Source: Mobula birostris
Lineage: Eukaryota
Length of the DNA: 64,000 nucleotides
Reading direction: 5' to 3'
Assembly (NCBI RefSeq): GCF_030028105.1
Contig: NC_092371.1
Span: 233,800,031-233,864,030 of the forward strand
The first letter of the stretch is position 1. The number at the start of each line of letters is the position of its first letter. The notes below the pieces were generated by a model. That model searched no databases. It saw nothing but the letters and a program-made list of their open reading frames with translations, and was not told the DNA's origin. Of this stretch, positions 1 through 13,369 are shown in pieces. The position numbers were made by a program, and so were the translations under genes.

Positions 1-574
1 CCTGCCTTTGCCCCCTCCCCTGTCAGTAGAAATGGATCTGCCGCGCTTAGTGGTTAAGCCACACTTGAAGGCCAGGAGCTGGATTTGGTTATCAAAGCCT
101 ATTTGAGGTGCATTTAATAGGTAGTGGGAGCTTGTCCCCATTACCATCATCCCCCACTCCCCAGCTATAACAACCTTAAGAAACCTCCATAAACACAACC
201 TTTCCAATATCTCCTTATAACCACAGCATAAACACACGAGATTCTGCAGATGCTGAAAATCCAGAGCAACCCACACAAATTGCTGGAGGAACTCAGCAGC
301 TCAGGCAACATCTATGGAAATGATAAACTGTTGATATTTCGGGCCGAGACTCTTCAAGCACTCCACTTTAGGAATGTGCTGGTGAATCTCTTCTGCGCTG
401 TCTATGTAGATACCCAGTTCTTAGTATGATATCCAGATCTGTTCACAGTCCTCTAAGAGCAGGCTGAACTATGTGTATTGTGTATTTTTGTATTGATAAT
501 TCCCAGTGCTAAACTCCTGCATTCCTTTGTCAGAATTCGCGTGCTCATTTGTTCGAACATGGTTCTTCATAGAG

Positions 575-655
575 CAGGGGGTTCCCAACCTAGGGTCCAA
601 GGACTCCCTGAATAATGGAAGGGGTCCATGGCATAAAGAAGGTTGGGAACCCTTG
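575..655. mobile_element. hAT (Charlie-like) MITE, ~80 bp
   Basis: CAGGGGGTTCCCAACC...GGTTGGGAACCCTTG inverted ends; 8-bp TSD tcatagag/tcatagtg. Related copies near 11303, 14003 and 17731. Confidence 0.8.
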
Positions 656-939
656 TCATAGTGGCTGCAGGAATCACCTGAATGTCAGCACAAAGTGTAC
701 CAACGGGTAAAGCAGTGTGCATTTCCTGAAACCACTTATTTTAACAGGAAAAGTGCACAATTTTGCCTAATTGCTGGTATGGTTGCTTGCTCTGTGTTGT
801 AAATGTTTTGCTCAGTCAAAAAAAATTATATTCATTATCAAAAAAGCATGTATCTAATTAATTTTTCATGGCAATCTTCATAATAAGGAATTGGTATCCT
901 GTGATTTTTTTAAAACATGCTTTTTCCTGCTTTTCGTCC

Positions 940-1210
940 TTAATCATCCCTTTAACACCTCCATCTATCACTTCCCAGCTTCTTACTTCATTCCTCCTCC
1001 CCCACCCCGCCACCTTCCCCCTCACCTGGTCTCGCCTATCATCTGCCAACTTGTACTACTTCCCCTCCCTCCACCTTCTTATTCTGGCTTCTTCCCCCCT
1101 TCCTTTTCAGTCCTGATGAAGGGTCCTGGTCCAAGATGGTGACTGTTTATTCCTCTCCATAGATGCTGCCCGACCCGCTGAGTTCCTCCAGCATTTTGTG
1201 TGTGTTGCCA
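940..1210 (+). mobile_element. Penelope-like element terminal repeat fragment with decayed hammerhead motif
   Basis: Pyrimidine-rich body, then cagtcCTGATGAagggtc...gactg...gatgctgcc...ctgagttcctccagcattttgtgtgtg. Same sequence follows the GIY-YIG ORF near 15080. Confidence 0.7.
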
Positions 1211-1574
1211 AAGAAATTCAGCTATTGTCCATACCAACTCATCCAAGATGACACCACAACGTTTTTTGGCTTTGAAGTAAAAAAAAGGTCAAGGGCACTA
1301 ATTTATTAATAGGAAGAGCAATGGAAACACTTTAAAAAAGCAGTATATAAGTAGCTATTCATCTAGAAAAAAACACACCTATTGTACACATATCCAACAA
1401 ATGTGATTAAGGTTCCTTAAGGTTGTTATAGCTGGGGGGTGGGGCAGTGGCTCCCATAAGCTCCCATTACCTATTAAATGCTTCCATGGCATGTGCCTCA
1501 AATAGCCTGTGACAATGAAGTCCAGATCCTGGCCTTCATGTGTGGCTTTGCTACTAAGCCCAGTGGAACCATTA

Positions 1575-2777
1575 TAGACCATAAGACCATAAGATTTAGG
1601 AGCAGAAGTAGGCCATTTGGCCCATCAAGTCTGCTCCACCATTCAATCATGGGATGATCCACTTCATCTAGTCATCCCCACTCCCCTGCTTTCACCCCAT
1701 ACCCTTTGATGCCCTGGCTAATCAAGAACCTATCTATCTCTGCCTTAAATACACCCAATGACTTAGCCTCCACAGCCGCTCAAAGCAACAAATTCCACAG
1801 ATTTGCCACCCTCTGACTAAAGTAATTTCTGCGCATCTCAGTTCTAAATGGACGTCCTTCAATCCTGAAGCCATGCCCTCTTGTCCTACCATGAGAAATA
1901 ACTTTGCCATATCTAATCTGTTCAGGCCTTTTAACATTCAGAATGTTTCTATGAGATTCCCCGCTCATTCTTCTGAACTCCTGGCAATACAGCCCAAGAG
2001 CTGCCAGACATTTCATATACGGTAATCCTTTCATTCCTGGAATTATTCTCGTGAATCTTCTCTGAACTCTCTCCAATGTCAGTATATCCTTTCTAAAATA
2101 AGGAGCTCAAAACTGCACATAGTACTCAAAGTGTGGTCTCACCAGTGCCTTATAGAGCTTCAACACCACATCCCTGCTCTTATATTCTATACTTCTAGAA
2201 ATGAATGCCAACATTGCATTCGCCTTCTTCACAACCGACTCAACCTGCAGGTTAACCTTTAGGATATCTTGCACACGGACTCCCAAGTCCCTTTGCATCT
2301 CTGCATTTTACAACTCTCCCCATCTAAATAATAGTCTGCACATTTATTTCTTCCACCAAAGTGCATGACCATACACTTTCCAACATTGTATTTCATTTGC
2401 CACTTCTTTGCCCATTCCACTAAACTATCTAAGTCTCTCTGCAGGCTCTCTGTTTCCTCAACACTACCTGCTCCTCCACCTATCTTTGTATCATCAGCAA
2501 ATTTAGCCACAAATCCCTTAATACCGTAGTCCAAATCATTGACGTACATTGTAAAAAGTAACGGTCCCAACGCCAGCTCCTGTGGAACTCCACTGGTAAC
2601 CGGAAGCCAGCCAGAATAGGATCCCTTTATTCCCACTCTCTGTTTTCTGCTGACCAGCCAATGTTCCACCCATGCTAGTAACTTCCCTGTAATTTCATGG
2701 GCTCTTAACGTGCTAAGCAGCCTCACGTGCGGCACCTTGTCAAAAGCCTTCTGAAAATCCAAGTACACCACATCTAC
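1575..2777 (-). mobile_element. CR1 LINE, 5'-truncated RT and 3' end
   Basis: ORFs 2259..2846, 2107..2298 and 1780..2076 with YLDFQKAFDKVPH, KFADDTK and LVRPH; frameshifted; (tcttatgg)n tail. Confidence 0.92.
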
Positions 2778-3019
2778 TTGCGTGAAGATCTGATCACTTT
2801 TTAGGCCATGTTTATGCAGAAATACAGAAAATTCTACAGGGTTCACTAACTTCCCAGCACCATTGTATTAGTTTAGGCTGACAGAAAATGAGTGAGCAGA
2901 AATTAGTATATTCTTTCCCCCCCTCTAATTCATGGTGTGAAAGTTAACTGCCTGCTATCATTTTTATCACAATATAAAGCCTACTCCTGCTCCTATTTCT
3001 TATGTTCTTAAATATGGGT

Positions 3020-3380
3020 GGCCGGGTGGAGATGCATCTCTACTAAAGGTGGTGTGAGGTGCTCTTTCCCTCCAATAGTCTGCAAGTCACCCTTGGACAA
3101 GGTAAAACACCCACTTAGCTCCCCCACCACCGAATCATGATCACATGAAGACATGGGAGCAGTTGGTGCTATGACAAGCCCTTGTTATGTGACCACTGAC
3201 ACTAGGCAGATGATCTCCGAAGAGTTTTGATAATAGCTGGGGTCACCCATCTTGTAAAGACAGTGCCCAGAAGAAGGCAATGGTGAACCAGTTCTGTAGA
3301 AAAAGTTGCCAAGACTAATCATGGTCATGGAGAACATGATCGCCTACGTCATACGACACGGCACATAATAAAGATGATGA
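3020..3380 (+). mobile_element. Short interspersed repeat with RTE-type (GAT)n tail
   Basis: Ends ...acacggcacataat..gatgatga; homologous copies at ~21960-22225 (+) and ~57660-57995 (-). Confidence 0.55.
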
Positions 3381-3943
3381 TAAATGTAGATTCACGAAGC
3401 TGGGATGTTACGCAGCTAATTGGTCATGACAGCAGTGAAAATTTCAAAACTATTGGTTAGGAATTACTTCTGAATTAACCTTGTGTTGGAGCTCTGATTT
3501 TTTTCTGATCCTTGGGGTCCTTCCAGGAGTCAGGAATGATAAGGAATCTTAATTCCAAGATTTCAGTTTATTTTGGAGTACAAGCCAACATACAAATATG
3601 ATGCTGAGAGGTGAATGCGAAGACAAGAGAATAAAGAAGCAAAAATGTCACCTCTGAAAAATATATATCTTTTATATACTAGCTAATATGCTCCATAATT
3701 AAAACAATAACATCACATGGGTAACGTGCTACTACTTAGCCAATGAAACATGAGAAAGGTGATAAAACGTTAGTTTAGCTGCTATACCACTTTGTTCCAG
3801 CGAGTGGGGATGAACGACCACATACTGTGAAAAATTCATGAGTTTGTTTAAAAAGTACAAATCTTATTTTTTTTAAAGTATTATTTAAAGAAAACACTGG
3901 TCTGTGACTCTCATGATTTTTCATCCTCCTCTGCTTTCTTTAG

Positions 3944-4198
3944 ATACTATTGGAGTTGGGTGTGAGTTAAATGGAATAATTTACAGACATGGTCAAACGT
4001 TCCAACCTCACTGCCACTATAAATGCACGTGCGTGAATGGGGTTTTGGGATGCACACATATCTGTACAAGGAAACTGGCAGCAGGCCAATGTAAAGATGT
4101 CACGGTCATAAAGGGATCTGAATATTGCTGTGAAAAGTCCGTTTGTGATCATTCAGAACTGAAGAGACAGCAAGCAATAACTCACAGAGCAATGTCTG
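3944..4198 (+). CDS. CCN6: CCN family member 6 (WISP3), VWC-domain exon; upstream signal-peptide and IGFBP exons lie outside the window
   Basis: ctttag acceptor and gtaggt donor, phase 1-1. Encodes TIGVGCELNGIIYRHGQTFQPHCHYKCTCVNGVLGC...CCEKSVC...HRAMS, a CCN VWC module. Adjacent to TUBE1 as at the human CCN6 locus. Confidence 0.93.
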
Positions 4199-6323
4199 GT
4201 AGGTTGTTTCAATAAATATGCAGAGTATTATGAGCAGTTGAAATAGAATTCATAACTTTGGTTTTGGCAATACAATTGGTCCAATGCAGTTAAATCCTTC
4301 TGTTGATGGGTGTATGATTAATTTGATCAGTTCTTCATTGACTGAAAGGATACAGTACTCCCATTGAAGATGGAGGAGCCTGGCTTATGCTTCATATCCC
4401 TTATGGCTACTGGGTTGTCGCAGAAAAAGTGACAGAGCAGCATTGATATCGAAGGAATCTACAATCTGTGGATGGATAGTGACACGGGGGGAAAAGCCTT
4501 AAAGCAAGAAAATTTAAAATTAAAAACCCAAATAAATTTCCAAATTTCCCTCAGGATTAATAAAGTATATCTATCTATCTACCTATCAAATTAACTTGGG
4601 CATCAAGTAGAGACCATATTATGGTGTTGTGTAATTTTTTTCCCCGAAAATTGAATCAAATGTCTAAGGAATGTGAAATTTTCAGCAGTTCCCTTTTTCA
4701 ACTGAAAGGTAATTTATGGTGTAAGAAAAGTGAATTTGAAAGTCTCATGCCAGAGATTGCTTTTCTTAGTTAATTTATTTGTATAAAACAGGAGAATTTG
4801 TTGGAAATCTGGGAATAGACACTGATGTTTATTTTTTTAATAGTTTTGTTTAAATATGATATGGATGAGATAACCAGGAAAACTAGCACTGTGCATAGAA
4901 GAGCTTTGATCTTTGTAAAGATCCAGTATAGCAGCAAGATCATGAAATATTATAAGAACAATTTCATAACTTTTTAAAATGTGGAAACCTTAATGTCACA
5001 TGACATAATAAATGGCTCTATCCCAATTAACAAAAACATTACAATCTCCCAACATATGGATTGTATATGATTTTATTCTAAGCTTCAATAGTTTCTATAT
5101 TAAAATATTTTAAAATTGTGGGAAGAGAATGATCAGATAACTTAACCCTTGCATATTTTAATAGTCTCTTTCTAAGTCTACTTAGATAAGGTTGGAATGA
5201 GATGCAATAGCTAATAAAGTTGAGTAAGATGCCCCTCTCCAGTTCTGTTTAAATAATGTAACTGACCAAATGAAGAAAAAGATTCAGCTCCCTATTATTT
5301 CATTTCTTTCCTCCTTTCAATTCTATTTCTAGTTATAACAGAACATGTTAATTATTGCAGGATTGTAGACTGTAATAATACCTAGCCTATAACCTCCCCC
5401 AATGTCCTTCTTTCCCTTTCTCCCATGGTCCACTCTCCTCTCCTGTCAGATTCCTTCTTCTCCAGTGTTTACCTTTCCTAACCACCTGGCTTCACCTATC
5501 ACCTTCTAATTAATACTCCTTCTCCTCCCCCCACCTTTTTATTCTGGTGGCTTCCCCCTTCCTTTCCAGTCCTGAAATGTTGACTGTTGATCCATTTCCA
5601 TAGATGCTGCTTTGGATTTCCAGCATCTGCAGAATTCCTTGTGTCTAGAATAATCCTTTTTTGATTTTGGTTATAGTTTTATAATTTCATCAAATGGAAC
5701 AAAGCCTATGGCAATTGACTTACTGTGCTTAACAGTACGGATGGATGTCAATTGCTGCAATTTATTTTCACCACCTTTTCACTCTAGTAATCTAAAACAT
5801 TTCACAACAGGATCTCCACCTGTAAGGCTATGGGAGAGGAGATGCAGAGTTTTAATCTGGGTGTGAGCTTCTCCTTAAGCTGTCCTTGATTATCTCGGCC
5901 TTGCAAAGTCTCCAGCTGCTTCACAGCTTCAGAATGTGTACTTTCAATAGGTGCAGCTCACAACAGTTTCTGCATGTGTTCCACCCAGACACCGGAACAG
6001 GCCCGGCTTCCCATTTAGTGAAGGAGAAACATCTCGCATGACCAATCATTTACATGGAGTGCTGCCACAAGAAAGTAACATCCGTCATCAAGGAACCCCG
6101 CCACCTCTTAGGTCATGTCCTTTTCTCATTACTACCATCAGGCAGAAGGTACAAGACTGAGATTTGTCAGTGCAAAAAATAGTCTCCAAATTTTTATTTA
6201 GTGTTCACGATGAACAAATGGCAGAGATGTTTGAAAGACAGAAAGCAGAGGGGAAGTAAATGTGCGTCCTTGAGATCTGACCACATATAAATGATTTATT
6301 TGTCTATTTATTTATTTTATCAG

Positions 6324-6517
6324 TTTACAAGGCAAGACCAGTTGTGTGGCGGAAGAAGTGCATGCTTCAAGCAACTCCATGGAGTGAATGTTCAAGAACC
6401 TGTGACATCGGAATTTCAATCAGAGTGACAAATAACAACAGCAGGTGTGAACTTGGGAGAGAAAGTAGATTGTGCTTTATTCGACCCTGCAATACAGGCA
6501 TATTAAAAAATATGAAG
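6324..6517 (+). CDS. CCN6: CCN6 thrombospondin type-1 exon
   Basis: tatcag acceptor, gtaaat donor, phase 1-0. YKARPVVWRKKCMLQATPWSECSRTCDIGISIRVTNNNSRCELGRESRLCFIRPC resembles the recalled CCN6 segment [29 protein letters not shown]. Confidence 0.95.
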
Positions 6518-7992
6518 GTAAATCATGTTGGAAAATAAATATCTTTTTTTCCCAAGAGTGGAGGATCAAATTTCTAAATGACAATAAGCAAGGACTGAGT
6601 GTTCTCATAATCTAATCTAATCAAATGCTGTATGAAGAGTTAATTTGATTGCACGGAGATATATATTTATGTACTACAGTAAAAAAAAGACTATCTCAAA
6701 ATAGCAAACACTCCTTTGGTCATCCAGTTGCTGGATAAGGGGTCATTTTGTGAGGACAGTTTCATTCTTGGTTAGTAACAGTAAACGTGTTCCAAAGTTG
6801 GCACCTTTGTAGCCAAATGTATTCTGTCAAAGCCAGTGAAATTAAGTCCAGAGTAGTTTGATGCTTTTGCGCAGTCCATTTTAACTTTTTATCTGACAAT
6901 GAAATTCTATGCACGTGTGTCTGAAATTGTTTTAATGCGAGAAATTACCATGTTTGAGAAAGGAGTAAATGTAATTTGAGTGAAAGCAGTGAAAACTCAC
7001 TTAAGATCCCACCCACACAGAAACTTCCCCTCTTTTGGACATCCCTATATTAGGGAAGTAGTCTAGAAACATACAGTATCTGATGTCTTTTTTCCTACCC
7101 TAGGATCACCCTCAGCAATATCGGATGTACCATTATTTCACTTTATCTCATTTCTTTTATAGGACCTTGTTCACAAATTGACTGATCCATTTCGCGAAAT
7201 GTGAAAGTGATTGAAATTCAAACATATGCCATTGGTTCTATCGTGCATTGTAACAAATGGAGGTTGTGAACTTCTTTTGTCTATTTTCATGTTCCCCTTC
7301 ATTTTGTTAAATCATCATCAGCAGGTGCCATGTCATAAGACATGGGCGATCATGATCTTCCATCCGTCTTTAATTTGAGAAGCTCTATTAAGCTCTTCAA
7401 AAATTCTGCCTTTCCACGCCTTAATGTAACTCATGAATGTCATGCACTGTCAACCACAACCTTTTCTTCCATCAATCTTTCCCATCAGTGCAAGATATTT
7501 GAGCTTCTCTTTCCTCAGTACATGTCCCAGGAATTCCATTTGCTTTTCCTGGTTGATACCAGCTCTCTTCTTATTCTGGCTTTTCAAAATACCTCATTTT
7601 TTTCAATAGGGGTCTGAAATACTTCAGAAAATAATGATGAAATACAAATCAATGCTCTGATTTAAATTAATAGCATCAAATCTATATACAGCAGTAATCT
7701 TCCCTGGTTTCCTCCCTATTGGTCCATCGATAGACTTCTTCAAATATGTTTACCACTGCCTTAAGTTAAAGTTTAAAGAGAATTTGTCATTCTCAAGGCT
7801 AAAGGGGCTCATCCTGGATAAAAGCCTTTTATATATTAATAGTTTGAAACAAACTGAATCCTACGACATTGCATGGACTGACTTTAATGCATACAGTCCC
7901 TTCACTATCTATAATCTGTAGTTTCTTGAAATTATTTTTTAAAATGTTAAACACAGCTCAAACCCAATTATTACTATAAAGCATGAAAAAAA

Positions 7993-8262
7993 TGGTAATG
8001 TAACAGTGAGCAAAATGCTTTACTGTGCTTTTCCTGCTGTATGTAAGGAGTTTGTTTGCTCTCCCCATCATCTTGTGGGTTTCCTCCAGGTGCTCCAGTT
8101 TCCTCCCACGCTCCAAACACAGACAGAGAGGTTAGGAAGGGCTAGTAACTTGTTGCCGTCAGTGGGCTGCCCCCAGCATATCCTGGGACTGTGTTGATTA
8201 TTGATGCAAACAGCACATTTCACTGTACGTTTCAATATACATGTGACAAATAAAACTAATAT
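7993..8262 (+). mobile_element. tRNA-derived V-SINE-like element
   Basis: V-domain core gggtttcctccaggtgctccagtttcctcccac; tail tgtgacaaataaa. Confidence 0.7.
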
Positions 8263-8403
8263 TTAAAATAATAAAGCCAGCCATTAGCCAGTACAAAATT
8301 CCTTTCACTTGATGCACGTTTCTGAATCTGATTCATAGTATTGGGCAGTGAGTGGAAGAAGAGGCTAAGTAATGCCCGAAATCCTAATGTTGTTAGTTCA
8401 ATT

Positions 8404-9441
8404 TGTCACATACCCCGTGACGGGTTAAAGAACCAGCAGAGATGGAAAACACTTTGGAGTCCGGTATTGCAATTAACTGATATTTATTAGTAACTACGCA
8501 ATACAGTAACATAAATACAGATAAATCAAATAGGTTAGCAATAATTATATATAAGTAAGTAAATTAGTAAGTGTGGAAATATATGAAAAACCAAGCTTCT
8601 TTAAGCCTAGGGGTAAAACTATACAGTCTTACAATGATGAGTACAGTTCAGTTCGTGGTATTGAGTTGAGTAGTGATGGAGAGAGAGGGAGAGGGAGGTG
8701 GAGGAGAGGGAGAGGGAGGAGAAGGAGAGGGAGAGGGAGGAGAGGGAGAGGGAGGAGAGGGAGAGGGAGAGATTTGAGTATTCAGTTGAACTGACCCTGT
8801 CAATCTCCTCATTGTCCTCCGAAATCCTTTAACAGTCACTGACTGTGACTACAACAAAGGGAACCATTTTTTTGTGGTGGAGCTATCAACCCAGGCAAGG
8901 GTGGACACATGGACAACTCCCCACCGGTCAATCCCTTTTCTCACTGCAAGAGCCTGATCGAACCTCCAAAAACCCACTTTTCATGTGGGCACAACAAAGC
9001 TATATCAACTGACCTCCTATTTATTTCACCATACTGAGTACCAACTGTCATTCAAATAACTCCTCCTGCCCTTCTCTGTGTAAGAAATGTACAAGCAGGC
9101 AAATATCCTTGAGAAGTATAAACACACTGCCAAAAAAAATCATAACATCGATTGTCCATCAAATAACGCCGCCCTCGGTCACCATAGCGACTTACGAGCT
9201 GCTCGGTCTCTCCAACTCAGTAGAAATCCAAAAGTTCCTCTTGTGCCTTAAAGTGACAGTCCAAAAGTTAGTCTTCATCTCTCTCTCTTTCTTTCTCTCT
9301 CTCTCTTTTCAAAACAAGATATCGGTGTTAAATAACTCTCTCTCCCTCTCTTTTCAAAAGCACAGATCTTAGGAGTAACCGAGCACAGTTTATAGGGGTA
9401 ATTTAGCACTGTTCATAGGGGTAATTCAGGACCCCGTCACA
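8404..9441 (-). mobile_element. Solo LTR (1038 bp) with 4-bp TSD, in the last CCN6 intron
   Basis: TGTCACA...GTCACA termini flanked by aatt (8400-8403 and 9442-9445); minus-strand AATAAA at 8483-8488 near its 3' end. Confidence 0.8.
8678..8771 (+). repeat. GA-rich (GGAGAG)n polypurine microsatellite inside the solo LTR
   Basis: Direct reading of the sequence; explains the RG-rich and PS-rich ORFs. Confidence 0.9.
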
Positions 9442-9621
9442 AATTATATTGTAATTATACCCGGAGGAGGAATGGATTCTTTGCACACCAGATTTAGTTG
9501 ACTATACCGTCAAAACTTTGAACTAACAGGCAATGCAAAAACTATTACCAAAATCTCGACTTGCATTGCAAAATAGTAGTGCTAAAGGCTTCCATTGTTA
9601 TAAGACCATAGGGTAGCTTGG

Positions 9622-9922
9622 CATGGTAATTTAGTGGTTAGTGTAATGCTTTGAAAGAATGGATTCAATTCCCATTGCTGTCAGTAAGGAGTTTGAGTGC
9701 TGAACTTGTGACCGTGTGGATTTCCTCTGGATGATCTGGTTTCCTCCCACACTCCAAAAAAGACACACAGGTGAGGGTTAGTAAGATGTGGGCATACAAT
9801 GTTGACAGCAGAAGCACGATGACATTTGCAGGCTCCCTCTAGCACGTACTCCGGCTGTTTTGACCATTGATGCACATGACACATTTCTCTGTAAGTATAA
9901 GGTACATGAGACCAATAAAGCT
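9622..9922 (+). mobile_element. tRNA-derived V-SINE-like element
   Basis: Box A/B-like gtggttag...ggattcaattccc, V-domain tggtttcctcccacactccaaa. Further copies at ~11950-12215 (+), ~25625-25852 (-) and ~55680-56305 (-, split). Confidence 0.7.
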
Positions 9923-9956
9923 CCCCTAACCTTTTTTTTCTGTGTTTTCTTTTTAG

Positions 9957-10232
9957 AAAGACAAGAAGTGCTTACAGTCATTCCAGCACGCGAAGCCTGA
10001 AAGATTTACTCTCTCCGGCTGCACAAGCAGAAGAAGTTATAGACCAATGTTCTGCGGTACATGCTCAGATTCCCGCTGCTGCGTCCCTAATCAACAAAAA
10101 ATAGTGAAAGTAGAATTTAACTGTACCGACGGAGGAATAAACATTTGGCAGATGATGTGGATCACATCTTGCAAATGTCAGCGAGTCTGTATTGATTCAG
10201 GGGACATATTCTCAGATCTGAAGCTGCTGTAG
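9957..10232 (+). CDS. CCN6: CCN6 terminal exon, C-terminal cystine-knot domain
   Basis: ccctaac branch point, T-rich tract, tttag acceptor, phase 0. KDKKCLQSF...SGCTSRRSYRPMFCGTCSDSRCCVP...WITSCKCQRVC...GDIFSDLKLL*; the ending matches CCN6 GDIFSELKIL. Confidence 0.95.
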   Translation, partial: KDKKCLQSFQHAKPERFTLSGCTSRRSYRPMFCGTCSDSRCCVPNQQKIVKVEFNCTDGGINIWQMMWITSCKCQRVCIDSGDIFSDLKLL

Positions 10233-13200
10233 TTAGTTGGTGCCCGTAACATGGGCAGTATAAGAGAACAGATATATTTATGCACCTTTCTACACATAAG
10301 GATGTAAATTTGGTCTTGTATTTTAACTACACCTTAATTACACAGAAAGGTAAACAAACTTCATAACACAGCTTGACAAATTCCTCATAAATCATCCTCC
10401 ATTTACGGTTCTAATTTGCTTCATTCTGTAAGTAAGTAGGATCCGTTTGTAAAGTGTGTCTGCATCATTAGTTTCTTTGCCTGGGCCTTTTAAACTCTGT
10501 GGAGTCAGAAACATTTCCTCCATAACATAATGACATTTCAAACTTCAAAGCAAAATGTTGGAGGAATCCAGCAGGTCAAGCAGCATCTGTGGAAAAAGAG
10601 TTGACATTTTGGGCTCAGACCCTACTTCAGGACTGAGAAGGAAGGGGGTAGGAAGATGTCTGAATAAAAAGGTGGTGGGGAGGTGGGCTAGCAGGAAGGT
10701 TATAGGTGAAACCAGGTGGGTGAGTGAGGACAAGGACTGTAGAAGAAGGAATCTGATAGGAGAAAAGAATAGACAACAAGAGGAGGACATGGGAAGTAAT
10801 AAGCAGGTGAGAAGTGAAAGGTTAGAGTAGGGAATAGAGGAAGGGGGATTTGGTCACCGTTCAAAGTAAGTTTATCAAAGTACACATATGTCTCCATATA
10901 CAACCCTGAGATTCACTTTCTCACGGGCATATTCAATAAATCCATAATAAAATAATGAAGATAATAGAATCAATGAAAGACCATACCAGTTTGGGCATTC
11001 AACCAGTGTACAAAAGTCAACAAACTGCAAATAAAATAAAATAATAAATAAGCAATAAGTATCAAGAATATGAGATGAAGAGTCCTTGAAAGTGAAAATT
11101 AGAGAGTATAATTAAAATCACTGCCTTAGATGCACAATTCATCAGTTTGAAGTAGACAATGTCCTGTGATAATCCACAAACTGACTAATTTTCATTTTAA
11201 TTAGGCTTTAAAACAGATGCTTATATTTGTTAAAGAACATTGAAAGTAACATTTGATTTGTTACTACACACACACACTGCCGAAGAAACTCAGCACGTCA
11301 GGCAGGCTTCCCAACCTGATATCCATAGACCCCTCGCCTAATGGTATAGGTCCACAGCATAAAAAAAAGTTGGGACCCCCCCTCCCCAATCTATGGAGAG
11401 GAATAAACAGTCTACATTTGGACCCAAACCCTTCATGAGGGCTGGTCTCAGCTTGAACTGTTTTTCCCCTCTCCATAGATGCTACCTGACCTGCTGAATT
11501 CCTCCAGCATTGTGTGTATGGCTGTAGATTACCAGCGTCTGCAGAATACTTTGTGTTACAATAAAGATGCTAATCCTGTATCTACCTTTATATTATTCTG
11601 CACGTTTTATTGTTCACTCAGTCCAATCTGGTCAACTCTCAATGGTTACTAAATGGTTGAGGGAGAGCAATCTTGTCTAGGTTAGGTGTTTAATGGTTTA
11701 AAATCCAGTCTAGTGGATTGAGAACAAAACCTAGTCTGATGTTATCGACGTTTTAGATTAATCATTGAGCCAATGTGTTTATATTTTGAACGAGTAGGAA
11801 GACAACATTGTTCAGAGAGCGGGGATATTCACTTCGTCAGCCTTTATCCCCCGATCAGCACTAAACCAATTCACTGGCTGTTTATTTCATTGCTGACTGA
11901 GATAAATTTGCTAAGTAAATCAGCTGTCATTATTGCTTGTACTAACTGGTGGCATGGCACACCATGGTGGTTAGCATGACGCTTTACAGTACCAGTGACC
12001 CGGGTTCAATTCCCACTGCTGCCTGTAAAGAGTACATTCTCCCTGTGACCATGTGCTCTGGTTTCCTCCCACAGTCCAAAAGCATACCAGTTGGTAGGTT
12101 CATTGGTCATTGTAAATTATCCTGTGATTAGTCTAGGATTAATTCAGGGTGATGGTGGGGGAAATTGTTGGGTAAGGTGGCTTGAAGGGCCTAAATTATG
12201 CTGTATCTCAATCAAGAAATAAACAGAGCTACTATTCATTACAACACTATATTGACTATAGAACTATCTGGCCTGAAAACATTATACATGTATATTGTTT
12301 AAATTTTTAAGAACACATACCCTAAATTGTCATATAGTTACACAACTTGCTTTCAAAGTGCATGAAACCTCCAATGATCCATGATCGGACATTTCAGAAA
12401 CCTGCTTCTTCAACTTCTGGATCCCTGGATTGTTATTTATCGAGCTCTCTTTGACATCACTGATTCCTCCACTTCCAAATCACCAGGGCATCGACTTCCA
12501 GGCTCCCTTTGAATCTACCGTGTTCACTTAAAAAATTATAATGCTCAAAGGTCGAACTTAATGTCAGAGAAATGTATACAATATACATCCTGCAATGTTT
12601 TTTCTTCACACTTAGAGGCTATGTCACACCTAAACATTAAACATGTTAGGGATATTGAATAACAAACAATAGTCTGGCAAATCTGCCATTCTGGCACTCC
12701 AGATTATTAGTGTTATTACAGCTATTCTGCTTACATGGGTAATCTTATTTGGTAAATGTCCAATCACCTCATGGAAAAAATCACACAGAAACTCCTTCCA
12801 ATATGCTCTCAGAAAACATATGCCATATCATAGCAATCAATCAAATAATTTTATTTTTCAAAAAAAAATTCAACTACTTAATATTTTATTTATGAACCCA
12901 ACCTAACAACTTTCCATTTCAGATGTAACAAATAACAGTTCTTGAGGAAAGAAATACTGCTGTCAGAATTAAGTAGATCAGGGGAAAAAAGGGACAGAGG
13001 ATATTTGATCTGAAGTGCAAGATGAAGGCTAGTGTCAAAAAGGAGAGTGGAAGTAGTGAGGAACTGACAAGGAAGGCATAGGTGACACAGGTCAGTGGTG
13101 GGAGGAGGTAGATAAATGAAGGGAGTGGAAATAGTGACAGCGGCTGGGAGGTGCTAGGTGGAAGCAACAAAGAGCTGCGATGATGGCATCTAACAGGAAA

Positions 13201-13369
13201 GGAAGGTAGAGCATGGAACCAAATGAAGGAGGCAGGGTAGGCAGATGGGAACAATTGAGGGAGGGGACCCAGTAGTGGGAGTGGGTGGAGGATGAGAACG
13301 ATTACAAAAATGAAAGGGTTACCAATTGATGGTTCTGGGCCTGTACACACTGGATTTCAAATGGGGGGG

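Noticed and set aside
8573-8839. RG-rich (protamine/RGG-like) ORF and antisense PS-rich ORF
   Set aside because: Both are translations of a (GGAGAG)n microsatellite inside a solo LTR, with no splice or homology support.
9622-9700. tRNA gene (box A/B-like motifs)
   Set aside because: No cloverleaf can be formed and it continues into a V-SINE core, so it is a SINE head.
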